A DNA stretch of 64,000 nucleotides. It comes from Azolla caroliniana. Taxonomy: Eukaryota; Plantae; Polypodiophyta. The number at the start of each line of letters is the position of its first letter. Position 1 is the first letter of the stretch. The stretch lies in assembly GCA_043228905.1 (NCBI GenBank), contig JBHGNT010000008.1, positions 13,144,001 to 13,208,000 on the forward strand. Reading direction: 5' to 3'. The notes below the pieces were generated by a model, which worked only from the letters and a program-made list of their open reading frames with translations, was not told the origin of the DNA and did not search any database. Both the position numbers and the translations under genes were made by a program. Positions 38,981-50,600 of the stretch are shown piece after piece.

Positions 38981-40700
38981 TTAGTTTGGAGTCTGGACTA
39001 AAAGTGAGTGTAGGGTTTTAGATTTAGTCCAACATACTAGAGGTTTGGGGATACTACATAGTTGGGGATCCTTAATAAAATCACTATATAGGTTAGTTAG
39101 AAAAATTTGAATACCTAGTTTAGGGGTGTTATGGGTATATCTTAATCTAAAGATGGTTGGGGTAAGAGAGGCTTTAGTTTTATGCTTAAAAAGGAGTGTT
39201 TGTCTAAGAGAATAAGGGTATTTCCTAAAGTTCCTAAGGATAAAATAGGGTGGGTATCCTCTTTTAGTAAGCCTACGAAAAAATAAGTTTCTCATATTAG
39301 AATAGCCTAAGGGCGTGCTTTCTCTAATGAGGTATCTTTTGAGCTCGTTAGATATGAAGCTATGTTTTACGTGGAGAGGATGGTTAGATGAAAAAGGAAG
39401 ATATTGATAGGTATTAAGGGACTTTTGAAAGCAGTTAAAGGAGAATTTGCTATTAAGAAGGTTGATCCATATGTCTAGAAAGGGAAGCCTAGTCGGAGAG
39501 GTTTGTATAGTGAGTCTAATAGAATTATTGGTGGTGTCATCATAGAATTTTAGGAAGTCTAAAAGTTGAGGTTTGGTGCCTGTCCATACTCCAAAGGCAT
39601 CGTTTATATACCTAGTGAAGTAGAAGAGGTGGGGGGAAGGATGAGAATTTTCTAAGTGTGATGGAAGAGACAAGCGTATACAACAGAGAAGTTGCTACCC
39701 ATGGCAGTGCCCTTAATCTGTTAGGTAGATTTGATTGTCAAAAGTTAGGAAATGATATTCTAAGGTTAGGGCGCTAAGGTTATATATAAGATTTGTCTTA
39801 TTTATTGAGAAATGAGGGGAGATAATATTCCTAAGGGCTTCGAGTCCTAATTTAGGTGGGATGCTAGGATAGAGAGACTCAACATCAAAGGTAAAAATGA
39901 AACTATTTGGGGGAGGGTTTAGATTTTCTAAGGTTTGGATGAGGGAGTGAGAATCTTTTAGATATTGCTTTTGAGTTAATAGGGTAGGTAGGAGTTGATA
40001 GTGTAACCATTTCGATATTTGTTCAAAGATGGAGTTATTATATGAACATATAGGTCTAAATCCGAAAGGTGTCTTATGAATTTTGGGGAGAAAGTAGATA
40101 TTAGCTACTCTATAACCTTGGGGTGGTTTGTGGAGAATGTAGTTGGCTTCTAATATAGAGAGGGTTCCTAGATTATTTCTAACTATAGTATTTAATCGAT
40201 CTAAGAGTTCTTTTAACGGAAAGTGGGTCACTAGTTTGTAAGTGGTGGTATCTGAGAGATGGGTTATAGCTTTAGTATAATATAGGTCTCTATCTAAGAC
40301 ACGAACTCCTATATTTTTATCGGCGGGTAAGATAAGGATTTTAGTATTTCTCTTAAGGCAATTGAGGGCTAAGAGAAGGTGGTATGGGGGTTTAACATAC
40401 TTAATTTTAGTGTTTAGTAGTTGTTCTTGTAGGACACTATTGTATTTTTCAATAAGGGTTTCTAAGGGAAGGTATTTAGATGGAGGGTTCCAACTAGGGT
40501 TAGGTAATTTAAAGGGATTAGGTGGGGTTGTATCACTATTTCTAAAGAAGTGTCTAAGGCGTAGTGATCTACTAAGGTTGGTATATTCTTTAAGGATGTT
40601 TTGAGGGGAGGGTGGGGGGGAAGGGGGGATGTATTTTAGTCCTAAGTTTAATAGTTGTGTTTTGTTTTTACTAAGTGTGTAAGTGGACAAGTTATGTAGA
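38981..40700 (-). pseudogene. Penelope-like element reverse transcriptase with no C-terminal GIY-YIG endonuclease
   Basis: LLNLGLKYIP, PADKN, YFLPKIHK..RPI, FDVESLYPSIP, QIKGTAMGS, RYIND, PFLD, YLPFSSNHP, RGYP; stop right after KTLHSLLV; two frameshifts near 39675-39720. Confidence 0.92.
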
Positions 40701-40742
40701 CTAAGGCTAGTACGAGGGGTATAAGCTAAAGGTTTCCAAAAT

Positions 40743-41600
40743 TTAGTCCAAGGTTTTCTTAGAGGTAGGGTAAAACATGAATTTTTTATTGTTAGTATTC
40801 CCCAACCACATAAATGTGTCGGGGGTTGAGGTTTCTCTATTGAGAAGGTAGAAGATTCGTTTTCTAGGATGTATGGCGTGTCTAAAGTGTCTATTCACAC
40901 GTTTAGCACGCCGTGTTAGACATTTTTTGGTCAAGCTATGGGAGGGTTTGAGGAGGGGGTATGTGAATGATTTTGTGTATTATGGTGTCTATTATGAGGC
41001 CTACGATTTATGTGGGGATATGATGTAGTAATATTTTTTGGAGGGGGAGGGATAATGTTAACATTATTAAAAGGATAGGGTGTGGTATTAATTTTTGGAG
41101 GGGGGAGGGTATTATGTATTAAGAAAGAAGGGGGACGGTTAATAGAGGAATTAGAGAAATATGGGGGAGGGATAATAGAGGAAGTAGGGGGAAGGGTATT
41201 AGGTGAATTGGGTAAGTTAGGGGGGAGGGTATGAGTAAAATGCGGGGGAGGGGTATACGAAAAATTAGTGCAAATAGGTGGAGGGGTATATGTGTAATTT
41301 GAAGAAACGAAAGAGGGGCTATGTCGTGTCGGTGTCTTTGTCTCCATCTAGGTCTGCCCGTCGCCTCTGCCGTTGTTTGTCGAGGTTTGTCGACCGCCCG
41401 TTTCGTCTGGTTGTTTGTCTGATCCAGTCCGGTCCTTCGTCTTTCCGGTCGTTTTTTTGTTGTTGTTGATGTCTGGTGTGCATCTACATCTCCTTCTCCG
41501 TCTTCTTTGGCCCTTCGGTGTTAACCGGTTCTGGTTCCGATTCCGGTTCCGACTCTCTCTGTGTTGCTTCTTTTAGAACCATCTCTCGTGCATTCTCAAC
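40743..41600 (-). pseudogene. Upstream ORF remnants of the Penelope-like element (Pro-rich repeats, basic segment)
   Basis: ORFs 40931-41347 (repeated TPPP/LPP) and 40743-40934 (Arg-rich), collinear with the RT. Confidence 0.45.
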
Positions 41601-41988
41601 ACATCCTACCGGCCTCCGCTCCACACACTGCGTCTTCCTCCGTAGTCTCCTAGTGGGCTTCTCTTTCCGGTCATGTTGGCATTGGTCCCCTCTACGTCAT
41701 TGTTTGTCCAGTTGTGCATCTTGCACCACGCTTTTGAAAACACACACATTGTCGCTAAACGCTTTCGGAAACATGCTTGAACATACATCTATTGCGTATC
41801 CTTTTGCAATGTCCTCTCGCACAACATCACCGTGTTGCATTCCTCGACCTCGACGGCTTTCAATTAACATCACCATTTCTTGCACATCATCCATTTGATT
41901 TCTCACACATTTCGTCGTTGCCATGTCTTTGCTGCATAGTAATCTTCAAGTTCGTCTCTAAAGGGGCGCCTTAGTGGTCGCCAAAAAC

Positions 41989-42180
41989 TGTTATAGGTTT
42001 TAGGGTTAGGGTTAATGGTAATGATGATTATTGATGACGAAGATAGACATGTTGTAATAGTGGAAATGATGAATGGTATGATGGTGAGAGAGAACATGAA
42101 GAACAAGACAAGCATTGAAAGGTGGGGGGTGGTGCCTAGAATGGCTCCACCCCCCCTCCCAAGGGGGTTCAACGTTAAGG

Positions 42181-42217
<37 letters not shown>

Positions 42218-42459
42218 GATCACTGTATTCATTCATTCCCGATAAGGGGTTAAATAGGTACAAAAGGGTAGATACACAAGGGTGCAAGCCCCTTTGGCAT
42301 TCACACCTAGTCACTCACTCACACTTCTTTGTATCCACCACACTCACACTTACATTCACACTCATAATCGTATAAGATTACACATACATATCAACACATT
42401 ACATCTTTCACCCTCACTTATCACAGTTATCGATCACTCGTACATCTCGTACGGTAACA
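41989..42459 (+). repeat. 3' LTR
   Basis: Direct repeat of 36794-37285. Confidence 0.93.
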
Positions 42460-45400
42460 ACGGCAACATTCGGTGGTTGCCGATACTACGTAATATTCAT
42501 CGACGACTTCTCCAGACATACTTGGATTTACCCTACGTGGCAAAAGAGAGAAGTGTCCGGACACTTCCAAAGGTTCAAAAACGAAGTCGAAAAGGCAATT
42601 GGTCGGCATGTCAGATGCCTTCGATTAGACAACGACAAAGAGTACTTCTCTGACACCATTACAACATATCTTTGACAAGAAGGAATCTGGCGGGAGTTTA
42701 CCTACCGGCACACACCTCAGCAGAACAAAGTAGCTGAACACAAGAATCAACACATACTCAAGGTGACAAGGGCAATGATGAAAGAGAAACATCTGCCAAA
42801 GTCATATTGGGTTGAAGCAGCAAATACGACCTTTTATATGATGAATCACTACACAACATCATGAGTGCATGAAGTTACCCCTTGCAAAAAGTTCTATGGG
42901 AAGAAACCAGATCTATCTCATGTCAGAATATTCTATTCAAGTGCATATGTACATATTCCCAACAGCCTGCGGCAAAAGCTCGATCTAAAGTTGGATAAAT
43001 GTATACTCGTAGGGTACTCACTTGAGCAAAAAGGGTATAAGGGCTTCAACCCTTCTACCAAGAAGGTATGAGTGAGTAGGGATGTAGTATTCGACGAGTC
43101 AGCATATTGGTATACAGTCAAATCAGCCCCATCCGAAAGAATCGAAACCAAGTTGAGTGGACCGACCACAAGAGACTGAAGGCGACCAAAGCATGCCGCG
43201 GTGAAGTCCAAAATAGGACAAAGGAAAGGCCAAAATGCTTGAGTACGAAGACTCAGTTGGAAATGAATTGACTCACTTATCCGACAGTGAGTTTGGTAGA
43301 TTGGATGTGCCCATCATGAGGACACCAGGAGAACCACATCAATCCACCAAAGAAAAGAACGTAGTCAGCCGATTCGGCTACAACCACTCATGGCATATCA
43401 TTATGCATTCATGATGAAGGTGTCGACAGTCTGAGAACCGAAAAACTATTCCAAAGCCGCGAAGGACCCTAGATGGGTCGAAGCGATGAATGAAGAGATG
43501 CAAGTAGTCTCCAAGAACGAGACATGGGATCTCGTCCCTCCTTCGAACCACCAAAAGGCAATTGGATGTTGGTGGATCTTCAAGGTAAAGCACAACACCG
43601 ACGACATTGTCCATCAATACAAGGCCCGACTTGTAGCAAAGGGCTATGCGTAGACGCACAATGTCGACTGCGAAGAGACCTTTGCCCTGGTGGCAAAGAT
43701 GACTACAATTCGAACCTTGATCCTAATTGCAGCAGCAAAAGGGTGGCACCTCCACCAAATGGATGTAAAGAACGTCTTTCTACAAGGCAAGTTAAACGAA
43801 GAGGTGTACATGGTGCAACCACGTGGATTCGTGTCGACTACGCATCCGACTAATGTTTGCCGACACAAAAAGCCTCTCTACGGCCTCAAGTAGGCACCAA
43901 GAGCATGACATTTGAAGATAACACAATATCTTCATCAAATCGGCTTCAACATGCCCAAGTCCAACAATTCTTTGTTCATTCGGAGCGACTCCAGAGGACA
44001 GGTATATATCATCATTTATGTGGATGACTTGGTCATAGGAGGAGAGCATTTAGCGGATATTGAGCACATCAAGAAGCTCCTCTCCAGCCGATTCGAGATG
44101 ACCAATATGAAGGAGCTCCATTACTTTCTAGGAATAGAAGTAATTCGAACTCCAGACAACATCATGCTTTCTCAAAAGCACTATATCCTCAATCTTCTTT
44201 ACAAGTTTAGGATGACACACTGTAAGCCCGTCACTACTCCTTTTGATCAAAATCTAAAGGTAGATGTTGTCTCAAGCACTAGAGAGTGGGGGCCGACGTA
44301 CTATCGTCAACTAGTCAGAAGCCTCATCTACCTCACAATTACCCAACTCGACCTGAGTTACCTGGTCGGCCTCCTTAGCTAGTTCATGCAAACTCCGCAA
44401 GACATCCATCTCGACTATGCTAAGCAAGTGCTAAGGTATTGTTAGAAATTGACTGGCCACAACCAATTACACGTTCATGTTCGTGTGCAGAATTCAAGAA
44501 CTAGTATACAGACAAGAAAAATATGCAGACACAGAGACACCAATGTTTTACGTGGAAAACCCAAAATGGGAAAAAACCATGGGGATCCACAAACGCCGAG
44601 AAAAACAAATCACTATAGTAGAGAGGAAGTACAAGTACAGAACTCGGAGGCAACGATCTTGAGTTCTCCTTCGTCTGATAGACGACGACAGAGTTACACT
44701 CTCACTCTCTCACGCTCATTGTTACAGAGGCAACTACCTCGTTCTAACTTTTTCAATAATGATCAACTACTAGTTTACTAAAGTTTGCCCTAGTTGCTTA
44801 TAAACAAAAGCAACTTTTTGGCTATTTACAAGTACAACCCACAAGGGCATTTTAGACTATTTACAAGTATCGTCTTCCAAAACAATTTCGGTTTTCGATT
44901 ACGATCTCGATTTCAGTTTCAACCTCGACCGAGATACTCGCCAACACAGTACTTCACTTCCCATCCGGAGGGACATGTTTCCCAATAGGTATGTGAGTGG
45001 TCCATGGATTTCGGCATGCTTTACAAATCGGCCACATTGATACGACTCGAAGGTTATACCGATGCCGATTGGGCTGGCTACAGAGCTGACCGACAATTGA
45101 CATCCAGATTTATGTTTTCTCTCAACAGTGGCGCCATATCGTGGAGTAGTAAGAAACAACCAACAATCGCATTGTCGAGCACCGAAGCTGATACAGGGGC
45201 GCAACTATAGCGGCATGTGAAGCCATTTGGCACAAGAGAAACTTGAAGGATCTGGGCGTTCCCATCAAGGATCCGATTCTTCTCTACTGCGACAACATGA
45301 GCAGTATCCACCTTGCTCGGAACTCAGCCTTCCATGCTCGGACTAAGCACATCAAAGTGCACTATCACTTCATCCGAGAGCGTGTTCTGGCTGGGGATGT

Positions 45401-45540
45401 CGACCTGCAACACATCAACATAAACCTACAGATAGCCGATATCTTCACCAAGGCCCTAGAAGTCGACAAGTTGCGGTAGTTCACGACTGACCTGGGTCTT
45501 TCGACCATCAACCAACCGAGCTTGAGGGGGAGAACATGGC
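42460..45540 (+). pseudogene. Copia integrase, RT and RNase H, heavily decayed
   Basis: YYVIFIDDFSR, KCILVGY, YKARLVAKGY, QMDVKNVFL, IYVDDL, YTDADWAG, HARTKHI. Confidence 0.92.
44440..44987 (-). mobile_element. Solo LTR related to the LTRs of Copia 2073-6959
   Basis: TSD GGTAT on both sides; the minus-strand start TATTGGGAAACATGTCCCTCCGGATGGGAA resembles 2073ff. Confidence 0.9.
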
Positions 45541-45621
45541 AATAGGAGTATACCAGCCATTCGAAGCTGAAGCCAATCCAAACCAACCATCCGACGATCA
45601 GAAGTTGTGTTTGAAGGGGCG

Positions 45622-45978
45622 TGTTGAGAATCAAACTCAACTTCCCGTGAGTGGGAACACACTCTAGGATACTCAAGTGTGAACACCCCACCTCCTTGTA
45701 TAGTAACTAGTGTGTCATAGAAGTTGATGTCCTATGACACATACATATTCATTAAGTAGTTAAGACACGATCTCTTCCCAAGAGGGGTACTAGTGAGAGA
45801 ACTTAGAGAGAAGGTGACAACATAAACACCTTCTCCCTCTCTTTGTAATAGTTGGTCATTCTTGCTTCCTTGTAATACAGTTTTCTAATTTCTGTAATCG
45901 TGAGCTCTCTCTCTCTCTCTCCACACACACACACACACACAATTCTTCCGTTGCACAGAATCCATCTGATTCTTTATA
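45622..45978 (+). repeat. 3' LTR of Copia 33092-45978
   Basis: Matches 33092-33195 and 34958-35022; PPT TTGAAGGGGCG upstream. Confidence 0.92.
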
Positions 45979-47614
45979 TAATCTACCTTCTATACTCAAA
46001 ATGTACACAATTATTCCTCATGGTCTCATGAATGTGTAAACAATTTTCAATATATGGAAACTATATTTTGTGAGACTTCATAAATCTTCAAAATAATTTA
46101 TTTTGATGATATCTTGATTTTTCTCAAAAATTGATGCACATGTTCATAAAGTTCTACAACATTTCTAAGAGTATGGCCTTTACTATAAATTAGAGAACTA
46201 CAATTTCAACCACAATCAAGTGGAGTTTTCGAGACATGTGGTTGTAGAGTAACTAACAAAACATGTTTATTGGAGGATGTACAATGTTTGTAGCGATTTT
46301 CAAATTTCTATCATTCATTTACCGATATTCATTCAAATATCTTGTTGCCTTACACACGAGGATCAATCATTTACATTAACTCCATTCAAATGCAAGCCAA
46401 CAAAGATCTACGTCATGGTAGTTGGGTGCAAATTGCTTTTGCACTTTGACATGTCTCATTGCAAACCACGGATGATGCTTGATTGCATCGAATTATCTTT
46501 CATTCACAAAAAATTGAAATAGGACAAATGATAAAGAGCTTCTGACCATAGTAGATTCTTTTAAGTGGCTTTGTTACTTGGCACAATTTCTCACATGTTT
46601 CAATTTTCGATCATGTATCACTTAGGGACACAGAGAAAAGCAAATGCTCTATCGTAACACTCATATATGTGAGCATTGTATGTGCTTTAGCCAACTAATG
46701 TGAGATGATGAACCGGCTGGTTGCAAGATAGCAACTAGGATCTTTTGTGTATGAATTAAGCAAGCAGATAACAAGTGAGAATGTGAATAATGCATTATTC
46801 AATCTGTGATCCAGAATATACAAAGAGATGAAGAAGACGAAAGTTACATAGACAATTTAGAACTCAGGAGACAATTGTATTACTAATCCTGCCAAAACTC
46901 TATTACAAGATTCAGACTCTCACTTTTATAGTTAGGGTAACTGAGCCCTAATTGTGAGGACATGTTCACACTAAGAATATAAGGAATGGGAAGAGTAAGA
47001 CTTTCACATGAACAATATTTTGTATGTTGTATAGGAGAGTCTTCCTTTGACAATCAAACACAAGTCGTTTTGAGTCCTCATCATTTATGTGCTCGATGGT
47101 AGGTAATGTCTTCAAGCATTTGTATATCCAAACACTATGGTATGGATTCCATCCATGCAAATATTTGTAGGGATGAGACATGTCTAAACACATATATGGG
47201 ACATTAACACATGTACACATACATACCTATGTAGGATGATGTCTTCAATGACTTTGTTTCATCAACAAACATGCACAGCATTAGGAAATCCTTAGCCATA
47301 TCCCGAAGGAGGGCTCGGCTCGGTCTGTAGTAACGAGACGAACAAAAGTGTGAGTCCGATGGGCGGCAACCCAATGGAGAATATATGTATGGGCTTTTGC
47401 CCATTTTCTATTCATTATGTATATTATTTTGTATGTACATGATTCATGGTACCTTGGTCCTTACACACTCTGTCTGTCTTTTCTGTCTCTCTTTGTAGTA
47501 GAGTACAGTCCCCCCCCCCCCCCCCCCTATGGCTCTGTAATCGTTGCGATGTTTATTCTGTAAGAAAAGAAAGATCGACCACATCTACCTAATATAAATA
47601 TACAATTGGCCAAC

Positions 47615-50600
47615 ATGATGGATGGCCATGTTTCCAGCTCAGGTATGCACATCGGAAGAAAAGAATGGAGAGCTGTATCGGACCATAATATTTCTTCAGA
47701 CATAGGTCTGAGAGAGAATCCTCGGGTTTATGGATCGGCCACTAAGATTGGGCTGAATCATGGAATGCATGTGGAGAATGCTTCTTCTTTGTCTTTGAAT
47801 GGTTTGCGATTTCATACTGCCAATGGTAGTAATGGAAGCTTGAGTAATTCACAACAAATTGGCGAGAAGTCCAATAATCATGATGAGGTATCTTTTTTCT
47901 TTTCATTACGTTTTTATTATTCTTTATTTTGGTTTGTGGCCTTGTAATGGATATTGAAAGAATCATACCAACAATTATGATGAGGCATTAATCTTTGTTT
48001 ATGAAATTTATTTATTTAATATTTGTTTGGTATGAGACCATTATGCTATGGTATAATTTTTTGATCGCTTATTTTTAGTTTCCTTTTTAGTTATTTATGT
48101 TATGTATGAGACCTCTGGATGGCCAAATTTGCAAGCATTAAAATGATGGGTTCTTTTTTAATTTTCTGTTTGGATTGAGATTTCCTCCAGATGATGAGAT
48201 TCCCAATCATTACAATGAGCTATCACTCTTTACATCTGGCATTTGTTTTTTCCTTGCTTGTGTTTAATACCTTGCAATGGAAAAATGTCCAAGTGTTATG
48301 TTGATCAGGTTATTTCTGAAACATTTTCTCACAAATCCCAAGCATCGTGTCGAGCCACTATCCTTGTTTGTGTGTCCTTTTTTTGTTTTATTATTGAGAC
48401 TTTTGAATGGTGAAATCCCAAGCATTCTGATGAGACATTCCTCCACGTCCGAATGGGCAAAATTCCAAGCATTACGATGAATCATCATTCTTTCTTATGC
48501 CGCCTTTTATTTCTTCTTCTAGACATCCAAGTGTCAAAAAATTCAAAACATTATGATGAGCTAGTATTCTTGTTTGCGCGTTTTTTTTTACTGTGATAGG
48601 TATAGTGAAAAACTCAGGTCATGTCTGTGGATCAATTTCCTTTCTTTGAGCTTCTTGAGCAATTTCTAAGTTGAAGATTCATAGTGAGTAAATCTTAAGC
48701 ATTAGATGAGCTTGGTGGGAGAGAGAGGGGGGAGAGAGAAGTATACATAGAATAACCCTAAGCAAGAACTTCGATTAATTATGTATAGAACCAAGGAGCT
48801 CAACAAGAAGAAAACATTACATGTAGGAGAGTTAGTGTATGTACAGTATCACTATATACTCACAGAGAAACATGTACAGTCACGGTGGGACAACTATTGG
48901 AATATCATATAATACCCAATGCATTCAATACAGCAAATATATTCTATATAAATTATTACAAAAACAGACTTTCAAACATGTTCTGCAATGAGAATGTTCA
49001 CACACAAGTTGTTTTTGAGCTTGACTTCTCAACATATATGAACCTTACTTATGGAAATAATCCTAATAGCACTATAAAAGAAGCCCCTATTTTATAGCAG
49101 GAATAAAGCAGCAAACTCTTTGATCAATCAAGAAATTACATTTAGTTACTCACTCGCTTCTGCGTATTTTCTTCTTCCCAACTCCTGTTAGGAGAGTTAC
49201 AATTATAGCTCTAATGTTACATTTGGTGACCACATACTGGATGGCTATTACGTTAACAACAGTGTCAAAGAAAAAGATGATGTGAAGGTGGCATGTGATG
49301 CTTCAGTGCTCATCATGAGTTGTGGTAATTATGATGATGGTTATTTGATGACTATCAAAATGATGACTAGTATAGATGGAGGTGGTGTTCTGTCTTCAAT
49401 GATGATGGCTATGGCAATGACAATAAAAGAAAGAGTGAAGAATGAAGAATGAAGGAAGAAAAAAGAAAGATAAGAAAAACGAGGATAAAAAATTAAGAAA
49501 AACCATGAAAGAAACAAAGAAAGGAAATGGATGAAATAAAAGTAGAAGAATGAGGATAAACAATAAGAAAAAACATGAAAGAAACAAAGGAAAAATAGTA
49601 GAAAGAGAAGAGATGAAGAAAGAAAAGTCCCCGCCTGTTGCTGCCTCCAATTCAATGCTGCCAATCGTCACCATTGACACTCCTGAATAAACAAAGAACT
49701 AAGAAAAACTAGTAGAAAATGCTACTCTAATAACATGGCCATTTCTACTATTGTTGTTTTTCATCCCAGTTGATTAAAACTTTGAGTTGCTAATATGAGG
49801 TGACAAACTCAAATTCCCTTAAGCCTTTTGTCTTTCTCACAATCTTTAATGCATTAATATCATATTTCTATGTCAATGTATAAAGATCTTTATTTAGATT
49901 GTGACTTGGTCATAGGCAAATTAGTGGATGTGGTACTTGGACGGTGAGAGAGATGCTGAACATTGAAAACTACCCATCATATCGATCTTTTGTCCACATT
50001 TCAATAAATTTGAGTTGAGTAGGCAAAATGGTGGGAGGATTAGTTGGATGAACAAAGGTCAGATGGATATAAATTGTTTGAAGTGGATAATGAAAAAGAG
50101 GTGAATTGGAAGATGGGATGCCATACAAGTAGCCAGAGGAGCTTAGACGAACTAAATACAGCTTGATCTATTGATTGAGGGTTTTGTATGAAGTTGTCAA
50201 GAAGAAAAACTTGTTTGGGTATATCCATAGAACGTAATATACGTGTTCGTGCAAGCATTCAAACGTTTGTAAACGTTTGAAAAGGGAAAAATGCGTGCTC
50301 CTATTTTTTTTTTATAAATTTCATTTATTTTCATTACAAATCGACTCACCCTAATGGTATGTTGTCATTCAACTGCTGTTTATGTCTTGGGTTCGATTCC
50401 CAATTTTCTCATCTCTCTCTCATTAGTGTTTTGTCATAGCAAAATTTTATGTTAGTGTCATATTAGTTTTTTTTTTTCCTTATTATTAGAAATTAACTCA
50501 ACCTATTGATCAATTGTCACTATTGCCTATGTCTTGGGTTCAATTCCCAATTTTCTCATATCCTCTCTTTAGTGTCATGTCATGGCCAAAATTTTATGTA

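Larger units (their letters stand above)
36794..42459 (+). mobile_element. Non-autonomous LTR element carrying antisense Penelope-like RT and hammerhead cargo
   Basis: LTRs 36794-37285 and 41989-42459 (TGTT..AACA); TSD ACGGC (36789-36793/42460-42464); PBS-like TGGCACGCCTGTGGGA at 37291; the host Copia integrase reads DVWGLAQT-ATFGGCRYY across it. Confidence 0.92.
33092..45978 (+). mobile_element. Old Copia element carrying three nested insertions
   Basis: 5' LTR 33092-35022 (LINE-interrupted, ~190-bp deletion); PBS TGGTATCAG at 35023; 3' LTR 45622-45978; TSD TAATT/TAATC; decayed gag-PR-INT-RT-RH at 35166-45540. Confidence 0.92.

Noticed and set aside
45984-46270. Possible right end of the outer Sola-like element
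   Set aside because: The left end is missing (truncated at ~14260), so no TIR or TSD pairing can be shown.
49341-49680. Phe/Leu/Ser-rich ORFs resembling membrane proteins
   Set aside because: Low-complexity GAA-rich intron sequence.
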